Of a stretch of 64,000 nucleotides of DNA, positions 40,201 to 51,928 are shown piece by piece. Source of the stretch: Macrostomum hystrix. Its lineage: Eukaryota > Animalia > Platyhelminthes. A model generated the notes under the pieces. It made no database searches, was not told the origin of the DNA, and saw only the letters and a program-made list of their open reading frames with translations. Location: NCBI GenBank assembly GCA_950097015.1, contig CATNEN010000038.1, forward strand, positions 4,340,001-4,404,000, in the 5' to 3' direction. Positions within the stretch are counted from its first letter, which is position 1; each line of letters opens with the position of its first letter. Position numbers and translations under genes: made by a program.

Positions 40201-43200
40201 TCATCCTCTCCCCTCCGTCTCATCCTCTCCCGCTCCGTCTCATCCTCTCCCGCTCCGTCTCATCCTCTCCCGCTCCGTCTCATCCTCTCCCCTCCGTCTC
40301 ATCCTCTCCCGCTCCGTCTCATCCTCTCCCGCTCCGTCTCATCCTCTCCCCTCCGTCTCATCCTCTCCCCCTCCGTCTTATCCTCTCCCGCTCCGTCTTA
40401 TCCTCTCCCCCTCCGTCTCATCCTCTCCCCCTCCGTCTTATCCTCTCCCGCTCCGTCTTATCCTCTCCCCCTCCGTCTCATCCTCTCCCGCTCCGTCTCA
40501 TCCTCTCCCGCTCCGTCTCATCCTCTCCCGCTCCGTCTCATCCTCTCCCCTCCGTCTCATCCTCTCCCGCTCCGTCTCATCCTCTCCCGCTCCGTCTCAT
40601 CCTCTCCCCTCCGTCTCATCCTCTCCCGCTCCGTCTCATCCTCTCCCCCTCCGTCTTATCCTCTCCCGCTCCGTCTCATCCTCTCCCGCTCCGTCTCATC
40701 CTCTCCCGCTCCGTCTCATCCTCTCCCGCTCCGTCTCATCCTCTCCCCTCCGTCTCATCCTCTCCCCCTCCGTCTCATCCTCTCCCCCTCCGTCTTATCC
40801 TCTCCCGCTCCGTCTTATCCTCTCCCCCTCCGTCTCATCCTCTCCCCCTCCGTCTCATCCTCTCCCCTCCGTCTCATCCTCTCCCGCTCCGTCTCATCCT
40901 CTCCCCCTCCGTCTTATCCTCTCCCGCTCCGTCTTATCCTCTCCCCCTCCGTCTCATCCTCTCCCCCTCCGTCTCATCCTCTCCCCCTCCGTCTTATCCT
41001 CTCCCGCTCCGTCTTATCCTCTCCCCCTCCGTCTCATCCTCTCCCCCTCCGTCTCATCCTCTCCCGCTCCGTCTCATCCTCTCCCGCTCCGTCTCATCCT
41101 CTCCCCCTCCGTCTCATCCTCTCCCGCTCCGTCTCATCCTCTCCCCCTCCGTCTTATCCTCTCCCGCTCCGTCTCATCCTCTCCCGCTCCGTCTCATCCT
41201 CTCCCCCTCCGTCTTATCCTCTCCCGCTCCGTCTCATCCTCTCCCGCTCCGTCTCATCCTCTCCCCCTCCGTCTTATCCTCTCCCGCTCCGTCTTATCCT
41301 CTCCCCTCCGTCTTATCCTCTCCCCTCCGTCTCATCCTCTCCCCTCTGTCCTATCCTATGCCCGGGCCAGGTGTAGCCTCTCATATTGATATTTAGGCTT
41401 TATTAGAAAACTGCCCAATTAGCAAAACGGTGCCCGAGCTGTTAGCACTCAGCCCGCATAGAAAAGGCGATGACAAAAAGTTTGCTCCCAACTTTCCACA
41501 ATGTCCCATGTCACTCCTCACTCCCATTCTGTCATTCGTGTGTGTTTCTTAGCAAACCAAGAAAACACGAAACTGGGCATAGCTAGCTGCTGGCCTTCCC
41601 TTATTTTCCTGTCTTTTTTACGCACTGCATGTTGCTACCCAGTTGCTGGGCACAGTTCAGTGCAATAAAGCTGTGATTAACCGGCCATGAGTGGCAGGAG
41701 TCTCAGAGGCCTCAGAGAGGCAACGCTGCTATGCAAGGCTGAGTCCAGGACGAGCTGCACCCACAAGATGCATTCCCCCCCAATCCCTGAAACAATATCC
41801 AGCAGTCATTGTGCCCTGGGGCTCACTGCATCTACGCCACAGTTGGTCTTTAGTTATCTGCTGCTGCTGCTGCTGCTGCTGTGGAATAATGCAAACATTT
41901 TTTCTCTGTGTTTGTTATTCTAAGGGACTGTTGGTCCGATTGTTTCAATCAGTGGTTATTTAGAATTTAGTTTTTACTTATCTATAATGAAATAACCAAT
42001 CAGTTAAATAAGCGTGCAAATTACTCGGGTAATCAACTAATCGATAGTTCAATTAGTGAATCAATCAAACGATAAATTAGCCAATTAAACAAACAAACAA
42101 ATCAATAAAAATACAAAAAATCTGGCAATCAATAAATCAATAAATTAATAAATTAATCAATATCAAGCATCAAAGCCCAATAATCAATTAATCAATCAAT
42201 TAATAAATAAACTTATTAAGGCGGAAGGCCTTTTGTTTACGATGTTGGAGTGGCAGCGAAGCTAGTGTGCTGCATGGCACGTATATTTATATTTACAGCA
42301 AACGCGAGAGCGAGATAGAGGGGCCTAGGGAGGTGCGAAATGGTGGCGTGACTTCTCACACCCCGGCTTAGCGAGCCGGCTGGCTGGGTGCACCAACCCC
42401 CACCTCCACTAGACTGAGGTTGAGGGGTTTTGGGTGCGGCTGCACTGGCGCTGGCTGGTCGCGTGTTGACTGTCCGCCACATAGCTTCCCCCAGCACTGA
42501 GCTAGGCCCCGGGTGCTCGGCGAGGCGGAGATGATGCTGAGGAGCGGGCGCTGAAGGCGGTGGGAGCGAGCGCTGAAGGCGGTGGGAGCGAGCGCTGAAG
42601 GCGGTGGGAGCGAGCGCTGAAGGCAATGGGAGCGAGCGCTAAAGGCCGCTGCAGCGAGGGCCGAGGCCGCAAGAGCGGGCGCCGAGACAGCGAGAGCGGG
42701 CGCCGAGACAGCGAGAGCGGGCGCCGAGACAGCGAGAGCGGGCGCCGAGGCAGAAAGAGCGGGCGCCGAGACAGCGCTAAAAGCCTGCAGAGGCACCGAG
42801 CGGGCGCCAAAAGCAGAGGCACCAAGCGTGCGCCGAAAACCGATCCACAGTCAGTTGCCGCCGAGATCCGGGTCGATGCCCCTGCCCACGGGCTGAGGAC
42901 GTAAGGCTAACAACAGCGGTGGTAACCTCGAGTGTGCTGCAGCGTGTGGCGGTGGTTGGTCCACCGCAGGAGCCGAAAGGCGAGACCCCAGGGGCTACCG
43001 GGCGGCGGGCTGGCTATGACTGTGCTGGCTGTGCTGCTGTTCTGCTGTGCTGCTGTTCTGCTGTGCTGCTGTTCTGCTGTGCTGCTGTTCTGCTGTGCTG
43101 CTGTTCTGCTGTTGTCGGCCAAGGCGGTTGGCTGCCAGGACCGCACAGGGCCGACCAGGTAGGCCCAGCGTGTCGCGCTGGGCGTCGGGCTCACCAATAA

Positions 43201-46200
43201 GGCGGAAGGCCTTTTGTTTACGATGTTGGAGTGGCAGCGAAGCTAGTGGGCTGCATGGCACGTATATTTATATTTACAGCAAACGCGAGAGCGAGATAGA
43301 GGGGCCTAGGGAGGTGCGAAATGGTGGCGTGACTTCTCACACCCCGGCTTAGCGAGCCGGCTGGCTGGGTGCACCAACCCCCACCTCAACTAGACTGAGG
43401 TTGAGGGGTTTTGGGTGCGGCTGCACTGGCGCTGGCTGGTCGCGTGTTGACTGTCCGCCACATTATAATAATTTTTGTAAACTAATATTTTTTTTGTTTC
43501 AGATATTTAAAATAATTAGCAGAAACATCGTGTCTCATACGAGCTAACACCAGTAATTAGAATAGAAATTGTCGATTAATAAAAAACAATGCAATCAATT
43601 AATCATTTATTCAATGTATTCAATTGAGCAATGGTTGAGTATATCAATCAATAACTGCAATATAACATGCGCAATAGAAATTGTTACCTGTGAGAAGTAG
43701 ATCATTCCTGACGGATGCAGCTTCACCAGGATGTTCGGTATGGGATCCGCGTGCTTTTCCACCTGTTTGGCGTTGCGAAAGAAAATGTCCGGCAGCCAGA
43801 TCTGCTCCTTCATCGTGTGCAGGCTGATGGACACGTTGGGATTCGAGGCATTGTGAGCCAGTCTCTGATCCTTCCAGATCATTCTCAGGTAGATATTCAC
43901 GGTGAAGTCCATGTTCTGCACGCTCATCGTGCTGAATGAGACAATGTGCAGGTTGACCATGACATCCGTGATGCTGTGCGCAGCTGGTCGGTGGTTCTTG
44001 TTGTACCGCCTCGGGTCCAGGAGCTGGCTCACCAGCTGCTCCTCCAGCACCCCGGCTGTCGCAAACTGCCCCTCCTGACGCTGAGAGCAGCTGCTGGAAT
44101 TGGTCACCGTCGGGCTGGATGCGGCCTGTGCGATCAGTGCCGTCAGGAGCAGATAAAATAGTTCAACAACAAATGACTGTTCAAGTTTCATGTTTGCACA
44201 TACAATGCGCTGACCTGCTTGACTCTCTGAAGGGATCATTGCAATTTTATGCCGATTCCTGAGCTCTGAACTATGATTGGCTCTCCACCAAGTCCTACCA
44301 ATTGGATTTTAGTTATCTTTGGACTTGCTCTACTGTTAGTAGACGAAGTAGTTTTTTTATGCACTGGTGTCAAAGATGACCGACTCTTCAAATTTAGATC
44401 CATAATGAGGACTTTCACGAGAATCGGTCATCCGGTTTCGTGAAAGCAAAGCAATCATTCACCGTCAATCGCTGTTCTCCGCAGAGACCCAACAGCAGGC
44501 TGCAGAGCTTGAAGCCGGCGTAGAAAAGAAGGTCGCCACCATCTCGGCCTGCACAACTGCCAGCAGCGACTCCGGCTTGACTTCGTCGGACGGCGTCTTT
44601 GATTTGCAAGCCTGTCTAGAGGACCTACCGGTGCGGGTCCGGCGAGGTCGCGGCGACAGCGGCATTGTTGATGACAGCGTCGCCATGGAGATGGACGGCA
44701 TGGAGGCAGCGAGAGAGTTGGAGCTGATAGCCGGTGCGGTCTGTCAGGACTCTGCCGAGCCGGTTGCTAAGGACTTTGAGTCCGCCGTGAGGGACTTCGA
44801 AACGGTTGCTAAGGATTTGGAGTCTGTTGGTCGGAGTGTCGAGTCGATCGCAAAGTTAAGTCACTCGGTTGCTATGGAAGCCAATCTGGTTGCCAAGGAA
44901 GCCAATCTGGTTGCTAAGGAAGCCAATCTTGTTATCAAGGACGCTCCGTTGGCGCCGTCGCTAACGCCTCAGTTTATTGAGGCTCGCCTTCGAGTCCTTT
45001 GTAGCGCGCCCGACAATGCCTCCCTTATGCTGGCCGAAGGCGACGCCGACGTGTTGACTAAGCGTCTCGCGTTGCTAGACAACAGCGCCAAGGCTGAAGG
45101 CGCCGACGCCGAGGCGCAGCTCGTCGAGCATCTGCAGCTGATTGGCCGGCTGCTGTTGGCTCAGCAACGGGCCGAGCCTCTGTGCCGCAGCGGCAGCCTG
45201 TACCAGGCGCTGGCCGAGGTGTACGAGCAGCACTCGGCCGGCAGCGTAGAAATCCGTGTTCGCTGCATCCTGGCCCTGACCTCGGCTCGCGCTGCCGCTG
45301 CCTCAAACGCCTGCAGCGGCGGTGGCGGCGTTGACTTGGCAACCGATCTGCGCCTGGCTCCGCTGCTTGCCGACGACGCCGTTGCTTCGGATCGACTTCG
45401 GCCGCACGCCCTGCGGCTGCTCGGCCAGCTCGGCCCGGCCTGCCACCCTGTGCTGACCGGCCGCCTGCCGGCTCTCTTGGGTCGCCTTCGTCGCCTAGGC
45501 AACAGCGACACCGGCACCGCGGCTGACGATGCCGGATTCTGCCTGATCGCCGGCCAGCTGGCTCGAATGCTGACCGACGCCGCCTGCCGAAGGGCGGCCT
45601 TTGCTGCCGACATGCAGCTGGCGTCGGTCGGTGAAGTGGCGCCGCCGTCGATTCGGCGTCTGAAACGCGATCTCGCTGTGCGGACGGCCTGGCTGGACCT
45701 GCTGGCCGCTCTGGCAAGCGAGTCCTCTCGCCAAGAGCTGACGGCCATCTGGTGGCCTCTAGGCATCGTGGCTGCGGGTAAATCTGCCCCGACTTCAGCT
45801 GGCAAGCCGATCGCACTGGCTGCAGCTATTCAAGTGAGGGATTTCTCGCTTTGTGCTCCCAGACCTGTTAGACATCCGATTGTAACCTGTTAGACATGTT
45901 AGACATCAGGATGTAACCTGTTAGATATGTTAGACATCAGGATGTAACCTGTTAGATATGTTAGACATCAGGATGTAGCCTGTTAGACATGTTAGACATC
46001 AGGATGTAACCTGTTAGACATGTTAGACGTCAGGATGTAACCTGTTAGACATGTTAGACATCAGGATGTAGCCTGTTAGACACGTTAGACATCAGGATGT
46101 AGCCTGTTAGACATGTTAGACATGTTAGACATCAGGATGTAACCTGTTAGACATGTTAGACATCAGGATGTAGCCTGTTAGACACGTTAGACATCAGGAT

Positions 46201-46527
46201 GTAGCCTGTTAGACATGTTAGACATCAGGATGTAGCCTGTTAGACATGTTAGACATCAGGATGTAACCTGTTAGACATATTAGACAAGTTTATGCAATCG
46301 TGCAACAGATTCCTATAAGAATATTTCACTTATTACATTACCAAGCCCTGAACGCACCTCAGGCCCAGGTGTCAGACGTGTACAAGCAGGTGAAGAAGCT
46401 GGCAGGCGGTTTGAAGTCCTCGGAGAAGCGCAGCGCCCAGGGTCAGCGTCTGCTAGCCGTGAAGAAGGATGTGAAGGCCCTGAAGCATCTGGCTAAGCAC
46501 AGGCCTAAGCCGGCAAAGAAGAAATAA
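25285..46527 (+). CDS. Putative N-terminal membrane-anchored ARM/helical-repeat protein (ARMC10/ARMCX-like architecture). Predicted exons 25285-25408, 44485-45833, 46363-46527
   Basis: ATG exon with hydrophobic segment (TVALASLGACASIAAAYIY) and G|GTAAGT donor, phase 1; acceptor TTCTCCGCAG at 44484 opens the long 44577 ORF in phase 1; CAA|GTGAGG donor joins the last exon in phase 0. Joining the first two exons and the family name are inference. Confidence 0.6.
26704..27269. mobile_element. Non-autonomous hAT (Charlie-like) MITE with internal GA-rich tandem repeats
   Basis: 16-bp TIR CAGGGGTCGGCAACCT / AGGTTGCCGACCCCTG; perfect 8-bp TSD TTCTAGAT. Confidence 0.92.
27681..33611. mobile_element. 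Degenerate hAT-like MITE enclosing a ~5.8 kb satellite
   Basis: Left end CAGGTGTCGGCCAC, right end GGGCCGGAAGTTGCCGACCCC resemble the 26704-27269 ends; no clear TSD. Confidence 0.65.
27760..33540. repeat. 16-bp satellite (GAGATGAGACACGGGA)n, roughly 360 units, three main variants (CGGG/CGTG/CAGG)
   Basis: Uninterrupted tandem array. Confidence 0.98.
33843..44191 (-). CDS. Cys-loop ligand-gated chloride channel, glycine receptor/GluCl-like. Exons 44191-43688, 37477-37235, 35992-35635, 34084-33843 (upstream in-frame ATG at 44239 possible)
   Basis: Signal peptide, YNKNHRP, IWLPDIFFRN, Cys loop CIMDLRDFPMDCQTC, second Cys pair CTKSFSVTGEFAC, PAR motif before M2, M4 LDYWSRFIFP; phase-consistent splicing. 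Confidence 0.92.
34120..35605. repeat. 39-bp minisatellite (GGATCTGAGATTGGTGAATGACCGACTGCTCAAATCTAG)n filling an intron
   Basis: ~38 near-identical units. Confidence 0.97.
36002..36232. repeat. 11-bp minisatellite (GGGATCAGTTC)n
   Basis: Tandem array next to an acceptor. Confidence 0.9.
36300..36423. repeat. 21-bp minisatellite (CAATCTACCTGTTAGACAAAG)n
   Basis: ~6 copies. Confidence 0.9.
36770..37205. repeat. 31-bp minisatellite (CCATAATCCCCGAATCTCCCAGTCTGTCTCA)n
   Basis: ~13 copies. Confidence 0.9.
37660..39150. repeat. CT-rich 12-bp satellite (CCCTTCCTCTCT)n with a duplicated unique insert
   Basis: Polypyrimidine array. Confidence 0.92.
39785..41345. repeat. 20-bp satellite (CCGTCTCATCCTCTCCCGCT)n
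   Basis: Tandem array with 19/20-bp variants. Confidence 0.95.
42217..43462 (-). mobile_element. Non-autonomous miniature LTR retrotransposon (TRIM-like), 1246 bp
   Basis: Two 265-bp LTRs (42217-42481, 43198-43462) with 2 mismatches seen; 4-bp TSD TTAT; PBS TGGTGAGCCCGACG; PPT GGGGGAAG; no recognisable gag/pol. Confidence 0.92.
45863..46285. repeat. 31-bp minisatellite (GTAACCTGTTAGACATGTTAGACATCAGGAT)n
   Basis: ~13 copies in an intron. Confidence 0.95.
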
Positions 46528-48654
46528 TTTTAGTATTTTTTTCGCAAGACACTACCTTTGTACTTTTTCAGAGTAGTGCAGAGGTGTATTGTCTGGGTTG
46601 ATTCTCAGAACTACAGAAATTTTATGAAAATTTATGAATCTTATTTATAAAAAAATATTATTTTCGCTTAATACTACTAACGATAAGTAGGGTAGCTTTG
46701 GCTTTTCTTGTGCCGCGTCGCAAAAACGAGTATGAGCCTATTTTAATGCTAATGCACTTTTATTTCACGTTTCGCACTCAATCAGGTATAATTTCACCTA
46801 ATTTATTATAAATTAACTGCCAGTGCACAAAAGCTAGTCTTTGTCAGCGAACCATTTTGTTGTAGGTCGTGTCGTCGCCAAAACAGAACTTCATTGCCAT
46901 TTTTTCGATAATTTTCAGTTTTACGTTTCTCAGTTAAAACTTTTTCGCGTCATTGCGCAGAGCTGCGAAAATTGTATCTTGGAGATGGCCTGGATTTCAA
47001 ATTGCGAATCTTTATCGGTAGAAAGACCACACAAACGCCAACATTTTTTCCAGAAAACGGGCTAAAACGTCGGGGTGTTTGGTGGCCAAAAGCTGTGGAC
47101 AGCTTTGAAAATTAGTTTAACGTAAAGAATGGAAAATTTGGATCCATATGGTGGACTTTCACGAAACTCGGTCATTCGGTTTGGGAACTATCGTGAAGTA
47201 GGCAGTGGGTATTTGAGTGTTCTTTCTACTGTTAAGCTTTCAAGTGTGCAACAACGGATCATGTAGTCAAGGAGGCTATATTTAGTTTATGTGCCGCAAA
47301 AAGTTTTGGGGTGGGTGTTGCGACTGGAAATGCGTTTTTTCTCCAGCCAATCAGAGCCCGAAGTGAAATTTTTCTGACAGTCGACTGTACGTACATTCGA
47401 GGCAAATCGATAATCTACGTCCATTCATTCGTCGTTGGCGAGTAAATGGGTGGGTAATCCGGAATAATCGAAAAGAAGCTTGAGTCTGCTAATTCTCTGC
47501 TCTGTACCTATCACAGTTGTTTGTATATAATTTCGTTAATCATTTTCAGCTTTTCGAGCCCCTTAAACTTTTCTGTTCAGCGGTCGATCAGAAGTGAACG
47601 GGTGAGAATCCCGTTTCTGGCACTAAGCACTGCTATTATGCTCCTCTGTTTCATGCAACATTTTTCTTCTATTAACTTTTCTTTTCGCTAATTGTTCATC
47701 GATTTTCTAAGAACCTTTTGTGGAACTTTGTGAATGGATGAAAAACTCGACTTCTTGCCGAGTCCTTGGCTAACAGAGAGAGGACTGTCGCACTGGATGT
47801 TCCGTCGTTGGTTGTCGTCTAGATTCTTGCTAGTCAAAGTTTATCGTTTTTTGTTTTGATGGCTCGTATTTCAATGTTTTTCGTAGAAATTTAGTATCGT
47901 TTCTTTTTTTCTGGTACTTTTTCCAATCGCATGCCATGTATTATATTTTTATACATTTTCTACACAGTCGTCATTCCAAAATTTTGTTTTATTCTTTTTT
48001 GGTGCGTGTACTTTCACTCAACATGTATTGACTAGTGGAAGTAGCTTAACACTTGTGGTCACGTGAATAGGAGTCACGTGACACTTAACAAACTGGATGA
48101 ATCCAAATTATCAAGGCTAGGGGTTAGTGGTGTAGTAAAGCGAACAAAATCTATAAAATCATTGAATTATGTGCCTGATAATCTAGCTCAGTCCTTAATA
48201 TTCTTCTTGGAGGTAGCCAGGTAAATTCATCGCCCAGCTAACCTGTTCATAAAATCGACTACCAAATCTATTTTCAAGGCTTTAAAAAGCAAAGTTTGTA
48301 CTTTAACTGGTCTTTAATGTTCTATTACTAATTTTGTTAATAAACTCTCGCTGTGTCGCTGTGTTGGTTTTGACTTCAGTCGCTTTCATTTTGGTCATAA
48401 ATATCTCTTTTAGAAGCAGCTGTTGTTTATTTAGTGAATTGTTTTTTTCTTTATTTTGATGTGAATGGCCACCGGCCAAGTTTAAAATCGGCCTTCAAAA
48501 TGTGATTGGCTCAGGTTGGTCACTGCCTGACCTTGGGGAGGGTTGACGGAGTTTTCTCTAGATTACTACTAGATTTTGAAAAATAAATTCACTATTTTGA
48601 GGAAATCTCATATCAGTTTTTATTGTTCTCGGCGTAAGTACACATCACCTAATT

Positions 48655-48940
48655 ATTGAACCGATTACACCTGCCCCGATCGGGCCTGATGTGCAGCCGA
48701 CAGCACAGTCGGAACTATTGCGCGGCGCATCTGAAAGCTGCGTACTGCTGTTCAGTCCATGGACTGGGGGCCGCTCAGCCCCAGCTGATGCTGGTGCCCA
48801 TTTAACAACTGGGTGAACTGAAACAATACAGAGTTAAGTGTCTTGCTAAAGGACACAGATTGTTCCAGTGGAGTCAGGAATCGAACCCCCGACCTTCAAG
48901 TCGTATGCAAGACGCTCTAACCACTGGGCCGCAACCTCCT
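48655..48940 (-). mobile_element. Full-length tRNA-derived CORE-type SINE
   Basis: On minus strand: A box CGGCCCAGTGG, B box GGTTCGATTCC, CORE-like block, 3' part shared with the 2879 and 54850 copies. Confidence 0.88.
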
Positions 48941-48984
48941 GGGTATTTTTTTTGGGTTGTGCGAAAGTCTTGTCGGCCTCTCAA

Positions 48985-51894
48985 TCACTTGTCGGCCAGC
49001 ACTTGTCTTAGCTCTGCGTACGTGTTGCGCCTTCTCAGCAGCGCGTGCTTGACACGGTCGAAGTCACTGCCAATCACAGAGCCCAGGGCGCTCTCGTCTC
49101 TGCGGCTACCACCGCCGCTGCCGCTGCCAAGTTGACTTCGGGCCGAAGTCGTCAGCGACCAATCGCCGCTGGGTGTCGTTTGTAGAGCCTCTCTGCTGGA
49201 GTGGTTGATGATTGAGCTGGTATGGTAGTATCGATTGGCCTTCTAAATCTAGTCCTTCTAAACCAGTTGTAACAAAACAGCTATGGAGCGTTGAAATTAA
49301 AGTATTTTTGACTACATTAAAAGTTTACATGGTACTCGTAATTCTTGACAATGCAACCCTCGAGAACATGTTCAGTAACTAGCGGTGGTTTTAGCCCAGT
49401 GGTTCGAGCGTTGCACTACTTGAAGGTCTTTGAAGGTCTTGAAGAAATAACTTGTGCCCTTTATCTTCCCAAATGCTTCCTTACTTGGGCTAAATTCTTC
49501 CCAAATGAATGCGGCTTCGCCGCCACGTGAATTCGAGTTTAAGAAGCTTTTTGTGCGATCAAATTTTCTCAAATTAATATAATTTCAAAGATTTCAGCAG
49601 AAGTTAATCAGCTTATTCGCACCTGCTGGCCGCAGAGTCCACTCGGTCCTGATTGACTAGTGTCCACACAGCAATTTCAATCCGCTGGACGTCACCGTAG
49701 TCTCGCACTGTCACGTGACTCGTGCGCAGCTTCAGCCCGAACCGGATAAGCTCCAGCTTGGCGTCGTTCCGGCTGAGCGTCACCAGCCAGCGGTTGTCCA
49801 TGCCGGAGATCTCGAGCTGACTGGCCAGCGGCAGGAACTGGATGCTGTCGATGTTGTACGGCAGATGAACGGCGTCGCGAAGGCGCGTGGCGATGGCCGC
49901 ACGGACCTCGGCGTGGGTCAGCGATAGGCCTGCAGGATCAGCAGTCAGGGACGCTTAAAATGGGCGATTGGCTCTGAGACATCTTAAAGAATGACGCTGA
50001 CGTACAGTCGACCCGAAGACAGCGAGGAGACAGCCGTGCCACTCCGCTTACCCAGAGCACACAAAGCACACCGGTTTGTACACCTCTCACCCCGACGAAA
50101 CCTCGTCAGGCAGTTGTACACTCCAGAGTCTCGAGGCTGTGGCTATGTGTGTATCAGTGTACACTGCATGACGATGAGAAAGTCAGGGGCTGAAAGATTT
50201 ACACACGTGTGTGGGTGTGAGCCTGAGCCGTTTCGGCTGTACTCTATCATGTGCCCGCATGCAAGTATTTAAAAAACCATGATGATTGTAGACCGATCAC
50301 CTCGAAAAGTGACTAAAGAATAAATGATCTGCTGTACTACCTGGCCTCACCTGCATAGTTGAAACACACGGTGAAGCCGGTTGAGATATGCTTCGGCATC
50401 TCTGTGCACTTCAGGTACACCGGGCGGATCACCCGCTTCATGCCGGGGTCGTTGGACACCAGCTGCCCGATTCGCTTCTTCAGCAGCGGCAGCATGTTCT
50501 GCACCTTCTTCGGGTTCATGCGCTTGCCGCTGGCTCGGATCAGGATCGGCGCCCAGTCGCTCTCAAACTCGACCTCCTCGATGGCACCCTCGTTGGGATC
50601 CAGGCCGTGGTAAACCAGGTGCTTGCCCTTGAACTTGTACTTCTTGTTCAATGGGGAGCGCTTTTTTGACAGAGCGGCGAACTCTTTCAGGTAGCGCTCG
50701 TCCCGGTCCAGAGTGTTGCCGGTGGCGGCCGAGCGGACGACACTGTTTAGTCGGCTGCCTGCGGCGGAGCTGCTGCCGACCTCTGCAGCGTTGGTCGAGG
50801 AAAGATTAGCATCGAAATTCTGCCGAACACGACTATTATACAGGTAAATTGTACAGGCATTTGAGAGGCATTGTGGAGCACGCGTTCTGAGCTGCCTGGG
50901 CATATAATAATAATATTAATTGCAGGAGGGCTGCGGGCAGTGGCACATCATTTGGTGACACTAGACGCGCAGCCAGCGGGGAGGCAATTCTGCCCATTTC
51001 GCTGACTCCTGAGCACACACGCACACAGATACCGTCCGCAGGCACACGCTCACACAGGTGTGTACATCTGCCTTGACTTCTCATCCTCATGCAGGCAGTG
51101 TACACTTCCATTGTGCCTTGGAGGTTGACCCTCGAGAGTGTAAATTGCACGACAAGCCCCAAGCCTTCTCTCCGCGGCTGCCCCAAATGAAAGTGGCCTC
51201 GCCGTGGAATCGAGCTCAGGGACCTTGGCGCGACAGACCGCTCTGCCACCGAACCCCCCCGAACTGCCTAGGCAACTAACAGATTTTTACAAAAACAAAA
51301 CTCAACACTGACACATGGGTGTACGTCCGCCCTGACTTTTTCATTGTCGGGCGGTTTGGACAATGATCTCGTAGGCGCAAGTTGCACAACAAGCCCTGAA
51401 GCCTTCTCTTCGCGACGTGCCCCCAATGAATGTGGCCTCACCACGGATTCGAGCTTAGGGGGCCTTGGTGCAAGAGGTGGATGCGTTAACCACCCGGCCT
51501 CTCACTCCCTACCAGGTTGGGTTAAACATGAGCAGTCAAAGCTGGTCTGAGTTCACTCACTGCTGCCAACGGAGGACCAGGCAGACTTCTTCCTGTGCGA
51601 TCGACGCTTCCGCTTGCCACCGGCGCTACGGGCCGCTCCGCCGTTCGCCGACTCAACGGAGCTGTCGCTGCCGGAACTCAGCTCTTCAAGCTCCTTTCTT
51701 GTCGCCTCGTCGTCGTCTTGCAAATCAAACCCGGCGCCTCGTCTAGGCCCGGCGTCACTCGGATGCCTTCGTGGCACAGCTTCCTGCTCTTCATCATCGA
51801 TGCCGATTTCGTCATCTTGATCTTCGCTGCTGTCCTCGTCGCGTTTGGACAAGTCAGCGTCTTCAACACTGAGAGAGTTTCTACCGCTGGTCAT
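48985..51894 (-). CDS. Uncharacterised protein with acidic N-terminus and C19orf81/DUF4732-like domain. Predicted exons 51894-51559, 50782-50351, 49929-49623, ~49218(or 49197)-48985
   Basis: Phase-consistent splicing of the first three exons; motif IDSIQF...MDNRWLVTL...LIRFGLKLR...VTVRDY recalls C19orf81 from memory; last acceptor uncertain. Confidence 0.6.
51140..51510 (-). mobile_element. Two adjacent copies of a second tRNA-derived SINE family (~51140-51258 and ~51380-51510)
   Basis: Mutually similar; minus strand has A-box-like GGCCGGGTGG / GGTTCGGTGG and B-box-like GCTCGAATCC / GCTCGATTCC. Confidence 0.65.
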
Positions 51895-51928
51895 TTTTAT
51901 CTACTCCTGCTCCGGATAGTATGCTGCC

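Noticed and set aside
45058-45816. Antisense ORFs over GC-rich exons (also 9205-9807, 52752-53312, 63649-63972)
   Set aside because: Shadow ORFs expected from high GC codon usage; no independent signals
46800-48600. Possible gene start or transposon remnant
   Set aside because: Only short ORFs and scattered splice-like motifs; nothing supportable
48870-48940. tRNA gene (also 49380-49430 and 51430-51510)
   Set aside because: A/B boxes continue into SINE body or are truncated; no complete cloverleaf with a T-run terminator
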